Shown here in pieces: positions 1 through 10,593 of a stretch of 64,000 bases of DNA (the stretch's first letter is position 1; the number at the start of each line of letters is the position of its first letter). Below the pieces are notes generated by a model. That model was not told the DNA's origin and ran no database searches. It worked only from the letters and a program-made list of their open reading frames with translations. The stretch comes from Sulfurimonas sp. (GTDB lineage: Bacteria; Campylobacterota; Campylobacteria; Campylobacterales; Sulfurimonadaceae). A program made the position numbers and the translations under genes. Where the stretch lies: positions 4,200 to 68,199 of the forward strand of contig JAMORK010000037.1 of assembly GCA_027063645.1 (NCBI GenBank), given 5' to 3'.

Positions 1-693
1 GCTGATTTAGAAGCTATAAAAGCAAAATTTGAAGTTAAAGAAGCTTATATCCAAGTTGAGCAGATGGTAGTATATATCAATGCTCACGATATTTATGGCG
101 TTTTAGAATTTATGAGAGATGAGTTAGCATATACACAACTCTCAGAGATGTCTGCAATTGATTGGTTAGCAAAAGATAATACTTTTGAGATCTTTTATCA
201 AATGTTAAGCATGGAAAAACGTAAGCGTATTCGTGTTAAGTATTTTATTGAAAATGGTCAAGCTGTAGATTCAGTTGAAAAACTTTTCCGTAGTGCTGAT
301 TGGAGTGAGCGTGAGATGTTCGATATGTTTGGTATCGAAGCAAATAATCATCCATTTATGAAACGTATCTTAATGCCTTATGATTGGCAAGGTTATCCAC
401 TGCTTAAAACTTACCCATTAGAGGGTGATGAGTTTGCTGCATGGTATGAAGTAGATAAGATTTACGGAAAAGAAGCACGTGATATCATCGGGCCAGAGAT
501 TCGTGATACTGCTACAGTAGATCGTTACGATTCTGAGCGTTTTGCACGTCTTGGTTTTGAAGTACCTAAGGGAACTAAAATTACTGGTAATGAAGAGCCA
601 CATGTTGACTCTTACCAAGAAGATGGTGGTATTTTCCTCATCAAAAAATATGACAAAGAATCATCAGTAGTTATTGATGATCCTCAAAGATAG
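1..693 (+). CDS. nuoC: NADH-quinone oxidoreductase subunit C (5'-truncated by window)
   Basis: Frame is open from base 1 (ADLEAIKAKFEVKEAYIQVEQMV...). Motifs WSEREMFDMFGI, HPFMKRILMPYDWQGYPLLK. Directly upstream of nuoD. Confidence 0.95.
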   Translation, partial: ADLEAIKAKFEVKEAYIQVEQMVVYINAHDIYGVLEFMRDELAYTQLSEMSAIDWLAKDNTFEIFYQMLSMEKRKRIRVKYFIENGQAVDSVEKLFRSADWSEREMFDMFGIEANNHPFMKRILMPYDWQGYPLLKTYPLEGDEFAAWYEVDKIYGKEARDIIGPEIRDTATVDRYDSERFARLGFEVPKGTKITGNEEPHVDSYQEDGGIFLIKKYDKESSVVIDDPQR

Positions 694-705
694 GGTGGTA
701 GAAAT

Positions 706-1947
706 ATGGCACAAATAAAAAACAGATTAACACCGTTTTTTGAAAATATTACATTTGATAGAGAAGATAATGAGTTAGTACTTAACTTCGGTCCTCAGCA
801 TCCATCTGCTCACGGGCAGTTACGTTTAATGCTGCACCTTCAACAAGAACAAATTGTAAAAGCACATCCAGATGTTGGATACCTTCACCGTGGTATGGAG
901 AAGATGGCTGAAAATATGATCTATAACGAGTTTATGCCTACTACAGACCGTATGGATTATATCGCTTCATCTTCAAATAACTACGGTTTCGCTCTTGCAG
1001 TTGAAAAACTCATCGGTCTTGAAGTCCCACGTCGTGCGAAAGTTATTCGTATGATGCTTTTAGAGATTAACCGTTTAATGTCTCACCTTTTCTGGCTTGC
1101 AACAACTGCACTAGATATTGGTGCGATGACAGTATTCCTTTTTGCATTCCGTGAACGTGAGTACCTTATGGATATTATCGAGGGTTATTGTGGAGCACGT
1201 CTTACACATGCAGCGATTCGTATCGGTGGTGTTCCTTTAGATATTCAAGACGATTTCTTACACCAATTAAGAGTGTTCTTAAATAAACTTCCTCAAAATA
1301 TTAAAGATTATGAAGATCTACTAGATACAAACCGTATTTGGCTTATGAGAATGGAAGAGGTTGGAACAATTTCAACTGAAATGGCACTCTCTTGGGGTTG
1401 TACAGGTCCAATGCTTAGAGCATCTGGTGTTGCTTGGGATATCCGTAAAGAGGAACCATATGAACTTTACGATGAAGTGGAATTTAATGTACCTTATTCA
1501 GATAAGGGTGATAACTTTGCTCGTTACCGTATCTATATGGAAGAGATGAGAGAGTCTGCAAAGATTCTTTATCAAACAATAGAGATGTATGAAAAATGTG
1601 AAAAAGATGGACAAACAGAGCTTATGGCTCATGCACCAAAATATATCTCAGCACCAAAGCTAGATATCATGACACAAAACTACTCTCTAATGCAACACTT
1701 TGTACTTGTAACACAAGGGATGAGACCACCGGTTGGTGAAGTATATGTAGCAACTGAGTCACCAAAAGGTGAGCTTGGATTTTATATCAATTCACAAGGT
1801 GGACCATACCCATACAGACTTAAACTTCGTGCGCCATCTTTCTGGCATACAGGGATTTTAACTGACCTTTTACCAGGACATTATATTCCAGATGTTGTTT
1901 CTATTATTGGTACAACAAATATCGTATTTGGAGAGGTTGATAGATAA
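706..1947 (+). CDS. nuoD: NADH-quinone oxidoreductase subunit D
   Basis: [34 protein letters not shown]-terminal FGEVDR. Confidence 0.98.
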   Translation: MAQIKNRLTPFFENITFDREDNELVLNFGPQHPSAHGQLRLMLHLQQEQIVKAHPDVGYLHRGMEKMAENMIYNEFMPTTDRMDYIASSSNNYGFALAVEKLIGLEVPRRAKVIRMMLLEINRLMSHLFWLATTALDIGAMTVFLFAFREREYLMDIIEGYCGARLTHAAIRIGGVPLDIQDDFLHQLRVFLNKLPQNIKDYEDLLDTNRIWLMRMEEVGTISTEMALSWGCTGPMLRASGVAWDIRKEEPYELYDEVEFNVPYSDKGDNFARYRIYMEEMRESAKILYQTIEMYEKCEKDGQTELMAHAPKYISAPKLDIMTQNYSLMQHFVLVTQGMRPPVGEVYVATESPKGELGFYINSQGGPYPYRLKLRAPSFWHTGILTDLLPGHYIPDVVSIIGTTNIVFGEVDR

Positions 1948-2174
1948 TGAAAAGATATGATTTAAGAAAACTTAAAAATGATTTTGAACCTCGTATGAAA
2001 GAGATTCTTGATGAATCTCACAAGGCAAATGAAACATTGATATTTCTATTTGAAATTGGTGACTTTACTCCTATTCAGCGTTCAGCTGATTTAGTAAAAG
2101 AGTGTGGCTATGAGTTATATAACTCACTTAAATTCAACGAAGTCGACTGGACTATCGTAGTTAAAAAAGATTAG
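1947..2174 (+). CDS. Campylobacterota-type small NuoE-replacement subunit (NuoX/Cj1575c-like), no Fe-S motif
   Basis: 75 aa in the nuoE position, coupled to nuoD by TAATG. MKRYDLR...FLFEIGDF...NSLKFNEVDWTIVVKK resembles the epsilonproteobacterial nuoE-position protein. Confidence 0.8.
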   Translation: MKRYDLRKLKNDFEPRMKEILDESHKANETLIFLFEIGDFTPIQRSADLVKECGYELYNSLKFNEVDWTIVVKKD

Positions 2175-2183
2175 GATTTTATT

Positions 2184-4217
2184 TTGAGCAAAGTCTATTT
2201 TTCTACTTGGAATGGTGAACTGGTAAACAATATCGGTAAACCAGAGGATGAGTGGGAAGAATCAGCTTATAATCTACCAGCACAATATGATGACCACCGT
2301 GATTCTAAAGCCTTTATTGGTTGGGATGGTGTGGCATTATTTGATGAAGATGTAGATGTAATCCGTCTTGCGATGGAGTATGCTGCACAGTATCAAGAGT
2401 ATTCAGAGGCATGTGGAAGATGTGCACCTGGACGTTGGGGTGGTCGTATATTATATGATCAACTTGACAAGATTGCTCGAGGTGAGGGTGCATTAGCAGA
2501 TTTGGATCACTTAAAAGAGATCGGAAAAAGTATGCAGGTTACTTCAAAATGTGAGATTGGTAAAACAGTACCAAATCCTATACTTGATTTAATGACACAC
2601 TTTGAAGATACATTTTTAGATTGTATCAACAATCAAAAAAAATCGAAACATTATGATGATAGCATTGGATACATTGCAAAAATCACTTCACCATGTTCAG
2701 ATGCTTGTCCGGCAGATGTAGATATCCCAGGATATATTGAGGGTGTAAGAGATCTTCGTTTTGATGATTCCCTTGTAGCTACTCGTCAAACTATGCCACT
2801 TGCTCATGTATGTGGTCGTGTTTGTCCACATCCTTGTGAGGATGCATGTCGTAGAACAAACCTTGATGAACCTATCTCTATTATGGCACTTAAACGTCTT
2901 GGAGCAGATTGGGAAACAGATCATGGATATGATTTCTTCCATCCTCTTGAGAAAAAACCTGCCAATGGTAAGAAAGTTGCAATTATTGGTGCTGGTCCTG
3001 CTGGTCTAACTGCTGCATATTATCTTGCTGCTGATGGTGTTGAAGTAGATGTATATGAAGCACTTCCTGTTTTAGGTGGTGAAGTAACGGTTGGTGTTCC
3101 TGAGTACCGTATGCCTTGGGATAAATATAATCAAGATATTGAGTGTGTACGTGATATGGGTGTAAACTTCATAGTCAACCATACTGTAACTGCTGATGAG
3201 ATGAGAGAGTTTGAAACTAGCTATGATGCGACAATGATTGCATCTGGTACTCGTATCTCTAAGGCTGTTCGCTGTTCAAATGAACGTGAAGAGATAAAAG
3301 GTTACTGGGGAGCTATCGATTTTCTTGATTGGGTAAACCTTTATGAGAAATTTGATATTAAAACACCAAAACATGTTCAAGAGCAGCAGATGCTTCCTAC
3401 AGATCATGTAGATTTAACTGGTAAGACAGTTGCCTGTGTTGGTGGTGGTTTTACATCTATGGATGTTGTACGTTGTGCAATACGTGCAGGTGCCAAGAGA
3501 GTTGTGATGATCTATCGTCGTGATGAGAAAACTATCATCCGTAACACTACTTATGAAGAGTACCATGAAGCAGTAGAAGAGGGTGTAGAGTTTATTTTTC
3601 ACTCAGCTGTAAACGAAATCATAGATGAAGATGATGTTTTAAAAGCACTTGTAATAGATAAGTTTGAGTTAGTACCAGATCCAAATGGTGGACGTGCTCA
3701 ACTAGTAAAAATAGATGGTGCATCAGAAACTATAGAGTTTGATTATCTTATTCCAGCTGTATCTCAATCTGCTGATTTGAGTTTTTTACCCCAAGAGTGG
3801 GAATTAGAGATGACTTCTTGGGCAACCATTAAAACAAATGGTAAAGACTATATGACATCTCGTAAGGGTATCTTTGCTGCTGGTGATTGTGAATATGGTC
3901 CAATGACAATTGTAAATGCCGTGGGTCAAGCGAAACGTGGTGCTTCAGTGATTAGTCGTTATATTCATACAGGTGAGATAACTCTGAATGATGAAGAGAT
4001 TATGGAAGATCATCTGAAAAAACTAAAAGTGTATGATAAAAAAGAGAAAATTACAGGTTGGCTTCCAGGTCTTCCACGTGAGCATAGTTCTGTTTTAGAT
4101 ACAGAATTTAGAAAACATAACAACGAAGAGGTGAATTTAGGCTTTACTCAAGAGCAAGCCCTAAGTGAAGCTGATCGTTGTATGCGTTGTTATTACATCG
4201 CTATGGTTCAGGCATAG
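2184..4217 (+). CDS. FAD-dependent Fe-S oxidoreductase: NuoF-type C-terminal 4Fe-4S motif fused to GltD/SudA/NfnB-like domain
   Basis: N-terminal EACGRCAPGRWG...SKCEIG (NuoF N3-like). Then PCSDACP, CGRVCPHPCEDAC, FAD motif IGAGPAGL, second dinucleotide motif GGGFTSMD with YRR, FAAGD, C-terminal EADRCMRC. Confidence 0.85.
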   Translation: MSKVYFSTWNGELVNNIGKPEDEWEESAYNLPAQYDDHRDSKAFIGWDGVALFDEDVDVIRLAMEYAAQYQEYSEACGRCAPGRWGGRILYDQLDKIARGEGALADLDHLKEIGKSMQVTSKCEIGKTVPNPILDLMTHFEDTFLDCINNQKKSKHYDDSIGYIAKITSPCSDACPADVDIPGYIEGVRDLRFDDSLVATRQTMPLAHVCGRVCPHPCEDACRRTNLDEPISIMALKRLGADWETDHGYDFFHPLEKKPANGKKVAIIGAGPAGLTAAYYLAADGVEVDVYEALPVLGGEVTVGVPEYRMPWDKYNQDIECVRDMGVNFIVNHTVTADEMREFETSYDATMIASGTRISKAVRCSNEREEIKGYWGAIDFLDWVNLYEKFDIKTPKHVQEQQMLPTDHVDLTGKTVACVGGGFTSMDVVRCAIRAGAKRVVMIYRRDEKTIIRNTTYEEYHEAVEEGVEFIFHSAVNEIIDEDDVLKALVIDKFELVPDPNGGRAQLVKIDGASETIEFDYLIPAVSQSADLSFLPQEWELEMTSWATIKTNGKDYMTSRKGIFAAGDCEYGPMTIVNAVGQAKRGASVISRYIHTGEITLNDEEIMEDHLKKLKVYDKKEKITGWLPGLPREHSSVLDTEFRKHNNEEVNLGFTQEQALSEADRCMRCYYIAMVQA

Positions 4218-4227
4218 GAGGGCAGTT

Positions 4228-6474
4228 ATGAGTAAAATTATTCAGTTTAAAATTGATGGCAAAGATGTAACTGCTCAAAAGGGTGAGACGATTCTTCAAG
4301 TAGCTCGTAAGAACGATATCTACATCCCTACTATGTGTTATATCTCTAAAACATCCCCATGTGCATCATGTCGTATGTGTGTAGTTGAAGCTGAGGGAGT
4401 TGAAGGTTTCGTACTTTCATGTAATACTCCTCCAACTGAGGGTATTAATATTACAACAAATAATCAAGAACTAGAACTTGAACGTACAAACATCATGAAG
4501 CTTTATGATGTAAACCATCCTTTAGAGTGTGGTGTATGTGATAAATCTGGTGAGTGTGATTTACAAAACAAAACTTTAGAGTTTAATGTAGCACAACAAA
4601 ACTTTTCTGCACGTGATCAAGCTCGTAAGATAGAAGACTGGGGTTTAATCAATTATGATCCTGCTCTTTGTATTATGTGTGAAAAATGTACTCATGTTTG
4701 TAATGAGGTGATTGGTGATGATGCTATCGATGTAAAATTTGGTGGTTATGGTTCAACGATTATCCCTAAAAATGCTGAGACACTTGATTGTACTTTTTGT
4801 GGTGAGTGTATTGCAGTATGTCCTGTTGGAGCATTGATTAGCTCAGACTTTAAGTACACTGCAAATGCTTGGGAGCTTTCTCGTGTTCCATCAACTTGTG
4901 CGCACTGTTCAGCTGGATGTTCTTTAGAGTATGAAACAAAAAATACTTCTATTGATAACAGAGTAGATTCAATCTACAGAGTGAAAAATAACTTTGAGTT
5001 TACTTCACTTTGTGGTGCTGGACGTTTTGCTTTTGACTTTAATAACTCTGCACAAAAATCACAAGAAGATTTTAACAAGGCTGTTGAAGCACTTCAAAAT
5101 GCAGATGCAATCCGTTTTTCATCTATCATTACAAATGAAGAGGCACATATTCTTCATCTCTTAAAAGAGAAACTAGGTGTGAAACTATTCAATGAAGATG
5201 CAAGACTGTATGCTTCATTTATGAAAGCATACAGCTCTGTAAGTGGAAAACTTCACCACTCTGCAACACTTGATGCACTTAAGCAAGCAGATGCAGTGGT
5301 TGTGATAGGTTCACGTGTAGCCACTGATAACCCTGGTGTAAGATATGCTCTTACAACAGCATCTCGTCATAATGGTGCAAAAATTGTTTATGCGCACCCT
5401 ATGGAAGATACTTTGATGCAAAATACTGCAACACAGTTTATGAAATATGAAGCGGGAAGCGAAGAGGGTGTTATGGCACTTTTAGCAAATGAACTTCTTA
5501 AAGATGTTGATGTAGATGAGCAAACAAGAGCTTTCTTAGATAACTTGGATCTTGGTTACTTAGAAGCTGAAAGCAATGTGGGTGATGAAGAGTTTACTGC
5601 AATGCACAAATCGTTTGCAAGAGCACAAAATAAAGTCCTTGTTTTAGGAAGTGACTTGTTTGCACATGATAGAGCACAAAATATTGCTAAACTTGGGGCT
5701 ATTATTGAAAAATACACAGAATTTTCACTTTTAATTATCCCAAGTGAGGTAAACACACTGGGTGTATCTCTTCTATGTGATCTAGACATAGATGAAAATA
5801 TCGGCAATGTTGTGGGCTACAATACTCCTGGAGAGTTTATAATTTCATCTTTAGATGATGCAGATCTAGCGATGCCAGCACTCAATCAACAAGAGGGAAC
5901 AGTAGTAAGTATAGACAATCGTGTGCTTCCTTTAAATGTTGCTCTTCCTTTTGATGGATATAATCTCAATGACTTGGCAAATGCCTTAGGTTTAGAGAAA
6001 CAATATACTATTGAGTATACAGCTGAGTTAGATAAAAAACTTGGTTTTAATGCTACAGAATTTGATGCTCTTGAAAACTTCTTAAGTACTCAAGGGGAAG
6101 ATATCCGTGGATACCTTTTAGATGAAGTTGCTTGTGAGAGTGATGGCATTTTAGAAGAGATAGCAGATTTACCTGAGTTTAATGGTACTGTTATCTATAA
6201 CTCTAATCCTGTGTTACAGTTTAATGCTTTTACAAATAGAAGTGAACATATTGAACGAGACACTACACTAAGAGGTTCTGCACAATTTAGTGCTGCAGCA
6301 AGAATTGCTGATGGTGATACAGTTGAGATTAGTTTTGATGGAAAAACAGTTCAAAGAGTTTTTAAATTAGATCCAGAGTTAAAAGGGACAATAGCCTTAA
6401 ATCCTACATTTGATGATGTAGCTGATGCAAGTAGTTATAAGTTTCTTAAATCCAAAATAATGAGAGTAGTATAA
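4228..6474 (+). CDS. nuoG: NADH-quinone oxidoreductase subunit G, paralog 1
   Basis: Start moved to ATG 4228, which has SD AGGAGG upstream. Motifs PTMC..SCRMC..C (2Fe-2S), HPLECGVCDKSGEC, CIMCEKC, CTFCGECIAVCP, CAHCSAGC. Confidence 0.9.
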   Translation: MSKIIQFKIDGKDVTAQKGETILQVARKNDIYIPTMCYISKTSPCASCRMCVVEAEGVEGFVLSCNTPPTEGINITTNNQELELERTNIMKLYDVNHPLECGVCDKSGECDLQNKTLEFNVAQQNFSARDQARKIEDWGLINYDPALCIMCEKCTHVCNEVIGDDAIDVKFGGYGSTIIPKNAETLDCTFCGECIAVCPVGALISSDFKYTANAWELSRVPSTCAHCSAGCSLEYETKNTSIDNRVDSIYRVKNNFEFTSLCGAGRFAFDFNNSAQKSQEDFNKAVEALQNADAIRFSSIITNEEAHILHLLKEKLGVKLFNEDARLYASFMKAYSSVSGKLHHSATLDALKQADAVVVIGSRVATDNPGVRYALTTASRHNGAKIVYAHPMEDTLMQNTATQFMKYEAGSEEGVMALLANELLKDVDVDEQTRAFLDNLDLGYLEAESNVGDEEFTAMHKSFARAQNKVLVLGSDLFAHDRAQNIAKLGAIIEKYTEFSLLIIPSEVNTLGVSLLCDLDIDENIGNVVGYNTPGEFIISSLDDADLAMPALNQQEGTVVSIDNRVLPLNVALPFDGYNLNDLANALGLEKQYTIEYTAELDKKLGFNATEFDALENFLSTQGEDIRGYLLDEVACESDGILEEIADLPEFNGTVIYNSNPVLQFNAFTNRSEHIERDTTLRGSAQFSAAARIADGDTVEISFDGKTVQRVFKLDPELKGTIALNPTFDDVADASSYKFLKSKIMRVV

Positions 6475-8960
6475 TGAGTAAAATAGTCATTAATATTGAC
6501 GGTCGTGAAGTTGAGACGCAAGAGGGTGAGTATCTATTAAACGCAGCCCGTGCGAATGATATTTTCATCCCTGCAATCTGTTATCTAACACGTTGTAGTC
6601 CAACTCTTGCTTGTCGTATTTGTTTAGTTGAAGCTGATGGTAAACAGGTGTATGCTTGTAATGCCAAGGCTAAAGATGGGATGAATATTACAACGACGAC
6701 TGAAAATATCGAAAAAGAACGCCGTGCAATTATGGAAGTTTATGATGTAAATCATCCTCTTCAATGTGGTGTTTGTGATCAATCAGGCGAGTGTGAGTTA
6801 CAAAACTATACACTTGAAATGGGTGTAGATTCACAACACTATACAGTAAAAGATGTAGATAGAAGTTCTCACGATTGGGGTCACTTACACTACGATCCGG
6901 GTCTCTGTATCGTATGTGAGCGTTGTGTAACTGCTTGTAAAGATATGATTGGTGATAACTCCCTTAAAACTATTGCTCGTGGAGCAGATGCTCTTGATGC
7001 TGAGTTTAAAGAGACTATGCCTAAAGATGCTTATGCAATGTGGAACAAACTCAACAAGTCTGTTATTGGTCTTACGAATGGAACTGATGTTCTTGATTGT
7101 ACCTCATGTGGTGAGTGTGCTGCTGTATGTCCAGTTGGAGCTTTAGTAGATACTCAGTTTATGTATAAATCAAATGCTTGGGAGCTTAGACAAGTTCCTG
7201 CAACTTGTGGACACTGTTCTGCTGGTTGTCAAATAAGTTATGATGTGAAACATACTAGTATTGAAAACCCAGAAGATAAGATCTACCGTGTTATGAATGA
7301 GTGGAACTATGTTTCTCTTTGTGGTGCTGGGCGTTATGGGTATGATTACCAAAATGCTGGTGTAACTAAAGATGAAGTTGCATTCAATGCGGCAGTTGAA
7401 GCTTTCAAGAAAGCAGATACGATTAAATTTACTTCAACTATCACAAATGAAGAGGCTTATCTACTTCAAGCGATGAAAGAGAAATTTGGATTTAAACTTG
7501 TAAATAATGAAGCAAAAGCATTTCAAACTTTCTTAAATGATTACTCAGAAGTGAGTGGAACAAAACTTTATGGATCTGATTTAGAAAAAGTACATAACTC
7601 TAACTTTGTTGTAAGTATTGGTAGTGCTTTAAAAACAGATAATCCAAATGCCCGTTATGCACTCAACAACTCTATGACAGTAAATAAGGGTGCTGGACTT
7701 TACTTCCATCCTGTAAAAGATCCTATCATTGAAGGTCTTGGAAAATCTATTATGACTGTACAACATGCGCCACTTCAAGAGGAGGCAGCACTTTATCTTG
7801 TACTTGATCTATTTGCAGATAAAGAGAAACTTCCTTCAGATATTGCTGAGTATTTGGCATCATTTCACTCTGAAAAAACAATCACTGTCACTGAAACTAT
7901 TAAAGAGAAAGTTATTGAGATTGTTAAAGAGATGAAAGTGAATGAAGAGACTGGTGAAGAGGAAGAGGTTGAAGTAGAAAAATCTAAGATGGTTCCTAAA
8001 AAAGTTGAAAAAGAGGTTGTCGTCGATGATAATAAACTTCTTGAGATTTTAGGTGCTGATGCGAAATTTATGGAAGCATTAGAGAAAAACCTGAAGAAAA
8101 AAGACAAGTTCCAACTTATGGTGGGAGCTGACCTTTATACACATCCAAACTCTAAAAATCTAGCTCGTTTAGTAGCTATAGTTGAAAAATATACGGCATT
8201 TGAACTTACAATGATTCCACCACTTACTAACTCTCTTGGTGTGGCACTTATTTGTGAGCTTGATGATGAGGCAACTGGTTATACTCTAGGTTACAACACT
8301 AAGGCTGATTTTACTCTCTCAGCTCTTGGTGATGGTGATTTAGATATGCCAGCTATCAATCAACAAGAGGGGACACTTACAAGCATCAATAAGCGTGTAA
8401 ACCCTACAAATGCAGCTATTGGTTATGGTGGCTATGAGCTTAACGATATTGCAAATGCACTTGGATTTGATGCAGAGCATGTTATAAACTATACAGTTTC
8501 ACTTCCAACAGCAGCTGGATTTAAGGCTGAAGAGTTCGATAATCTTCCAAATCATTATGAAAATGATGGTACAGAAGTTCGCGGTTATGTGTTAGAAAAT
8601 GTAGCAGTTAAAGCTAGTGATGATGAAAGTGTTGAGAAATTCAGCGATGCTAAGCTTGAAGGTAGTATAATCTATCTAGCTAATCCAGTAAGACAATTTA
8701 CTGATTTTACAAACAAAACAACGAACCTCGATGAGGAGAGCGGTATTTATATGAGCGAAGAGTTCCTCTCAAACTCTGACATAAATGCTGGTGATAGTGT
8801 AAAAGTGAAAACTCAAAATGGTGAACTTACTGCGAAAGTGGTAAGCGACAACAAGATTCAAGGGGATATTGTTGTTATTCCAACTTTTGATTCAAAATTA
8901 AACTCAGAGGCCCTAGTAGAGAATTACCGCTTTGCAACAGCTTCGATAGAAAAGGTGTAA
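6474..8960 (+). CDS. nuoG: NADH-quinone oxidoreductase subunit G, paralog 2
   Basis: Same cluster motif set (CRIC, HPLQCGVCDQSGEC, CIVCERC, CTSCGECAAVCP, CGHCSAGC). TAATG-coupled to paralog 1. Confidence 0.92.
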   Translation: MSKIVINIDGREVETQEGEYLLNAARANDIFIPAICYLTRCSPTLACRICLVEADGKQVYACNAKAKDGMNITTTTENIEKERRAIMEVYDVNHPLQCGVCDQSGECELQNYTLEMGVDSQHYTVKDVDRSSHDWGHLHYDPGLCIVCERCVTACKDMIGDNSLKTIARGADALDAEFKETMPKDAYAMWNKLNKSVIGLTNGTDVLDCTSCGECAAVCPVGALVDTQFMYKSNAWELRQVPATCGHCSAGCQISYDVKHTSIENPEDKIYRVMNEWNYVSLCGAGRYGYDYQNAGVTKDEVAFNAAVEAFKKADTIKFTSTITNEEAYLLQAMKEKFGFKLVNNEAKAFQTFLNDYSEVSGTKLYGSDLEKVHNSNFVVSIGSALKTDNPNARYALNNSMTVNKGAGLYFHPVKDPIIEGLGKSIMTVQHAPLQEEAALYLVLDLFADKEKLPSDIAEYLASFHSEKTITVTETIKEKVIEIVKEMKVNEETGEEEEVEVEKSKMVPKKVEKEVVVDDNKLLEILGADAKFMEALEKNLKKKDKFQLMVGADLYTHPNSKNLARLVAIVEKYTAFELTMIPPLTNSLGVALICELDDEATGYTLGYNTKADFTLSALGDGDLDMPAINQQEGTLTSINKRVNPTNAAIGYGGYELNDIANALGFDAEHVINYTVSLPTAAGFKAEEFDNLPNHYENDGTEVRGYVLENVAVKASDDESVEKFSDAKLEGSIIYLANPVRQFTDFTNKTTNLDEESGIYMSEEFLSNSDINAGDSVKVKTQNGELTAKVVSDNKIQGDIVVIPTFDSKLNSEALVENYRFATASIEKV

Positions 8961-8963
8961 TAT

Positions 8964-9953
8964 ATGGATACAGCATATTTAATTGAGACGATCATTAAAG
9001 TCGTTGTTATTTTACTTGTATTTTCTGCTTTAGCAGGTATAGGTACATATTTTGAGCGTAAGATACTTGCATTTATGCAACGTCGTCTTGGGCCAATGAA
9101 TGTTGGTCCTTATGGACTTTTACAAGTTGGAGCTGATGGTATCAAGCTTTTTACAAAAGAGGATATTATCCCTCAAGGTGTTGTGAAAAATATCTTTAAA
9201 ATTGCACCGGTAATTACAGCTGCAACTGCATTTATGGCAGCAGCTGCGATTCCATTCTTACCATCTTTTACACTTTTTGGCTATGAAGTTCATCCAATTG
9301 TTGCAGATATTAATGTTGGTATTCTTTACATTTTAGGTGTAATGGCAGTTGGTCTTTATGGACCACTTCTTGGTGGTATGGCATCTGCAAATAAATTTTC
9401 ACTTCTTTCAGCTGCTCGTGGTGCTGCTGTATTTATCTCTTATGAGGTTGTTACAGGTCTTTCACTTCTTGCTCCTATTATGATGGTTGGTTCATTATCT
9501 CTTATAGATTTTAATGAGTATCAAGCTGGTGGTATTGGTGATTGGATTGTATGGAGCCAACCTGTAGCATTTATTTTATTTTGGATCGCTGCATTTGCTG
9601 AAACTGGTCGTACACCATTTCACTTAATTGCAAATGACCATGAGATTATTGATGGTTTTGGTACTGAGTACTCTGGTATGAGATGGGGTCTTTTCTTCAT
9701 CGGTGAGTATGCAAATATGTTCTTTATCTCTTTTGTAATCCCTTTACTTTTCTTAGGTGGTTATGGAGATGGTTCTTTCTTAGGTGCACTAGGTCTTCTT
9801 GGTAAAATGGCATTTTTCTTCTTCTTCTTCTTATGGACAAGAGCTGCATGGCCAGATGTAAGACCAGATCAACTTATGTGGTTATGTTGGAAAGTACTTA
9901 TGCCAATAGCAGTGATTAATGTTGTAATCACTGGCTTTGTGATGATGTTTTAA
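8964..9953 (+). CDS. nuoH: NADH-quinone oxidoreductase subunit H
   Basis: ERKILAFMQRRLGP, ADGIKLFTKE, AETGRTPF, EYSG; multiple TM segments. Confidence 0.97.
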   Translation: MDTAYLIETIIKVVVILLVFSALAGIGTYFERKILAFMQRRLGPMNVGPYGLLQVGADGIKLFTKEDIIPQGVVKNIFKIAPVITAATAFMAAAAIPFLPSFTLFGYEVHPIVADINVGILYILGVMAVGLYGPLLGGMASANKFSLLSAARGAAVFISYEVVTGLSLLAPIMMVGSLSLIDFNEYQAGGIGDWIVWSQPVAFILFWIAAFAETGRTPFHLIANDHEIIDGFGTEYSGMRWGLFFIGEYANMFFISFVIPLLFLGGYGDGSFLGALGLLGKMAFFFFFFLWTRAAWPDVRPDQLMWLCWKVLMPIAVINVVITGFVMMF

Positions 9954-9963
9954 GGGGATATGA

Positions 9964-10581
9964 ATGAAAATGGAAGCATTTAATAATAGAAATGTAACTG
10001 AGGGTGACTACTACTTAGTAGACATTGAAGATTATCCTACTGATGGTTGGGGTAAGTTTAAGCGTGTTGTAAAAAGATCATTTAGAGGTGAGCTTTTTGT
10101 TGGATTATGGGTTGTACTTCGTGAGATGATCCGTTTTGACATCCATACTATTCAGTATCCACAAGAGAAGATGCCTATTGGACCACGTTATCGTGCGATC
10201 CATGAGATGAAGCGTCTTTGGGAAAGTGATACTGAAAGATGTATCGGTTGTGGACTTTGTGAGAAAATTTGTATCTCTGATTGTATTCGTATGGATACTC
10301 GCATTGACGAAGAGTCTCGTAAAGAGGTAAGTGAATATACAATTAACCTTGGTCGTTGTATCTTCTGTGGATATTGTGCTGAAGTGTGTCCTGAGTTAGC
10401 GATTACTCATGGTGGAAACTATGAAAATGCATCTGATCAACGTGAACATTTTGTTGATTATGAGTATATGTTAACACCACTAGACACAATGAAAGCAAAT
10501 GCTCAAAAAGAGTTTGAAGGTTTTGGTGCTATTACACCACATGAAGATGAGCGTGTTAAGAAAACACCTCTATCGTATTAA
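9964..10581 (+). CDS. nuoI: NADH-quinone oxidoreductase subunit I
   Basis: Two 4Fe-4S motifs, CIGCGLCEKIC and CIFCGYCAEVCP; operon position. Confidence 0.97.
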   Translation: MKMEAFNNRNVTEGDYYLVDIEDYPTDGWGKFKRVVKRSFRGELFVGLWVVLREMIRFDIHTIQYPQEKMPIGPRYRAIHEMKRLWESDTERCIGCGLCEKICISDCIRMDTRIDEESRKEVSEYTINLGRCIFCGYCAEVCPELAITHGGNYENASDQREHFVDYEYMLTPLDTMKANAQKEFEGFGAITPHEDERVKKTPLSY

Positions 10582-10593
10582 GGAGTTTGGATT

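Noticed and set aside
4165-4227. Longer GTG start for NuoG1 given in the ORF track
   Set aside because: It overlaps the upstream gene by 53 nt. ATG 4228 has a strong AGGAGG SD and matches the NuoG N-terminus.
9813-9831. (TTC)n microsatellite in nuoH
   Set aside because: It encodes the Phe-rich TM segment normal for NuoH and is in frame.
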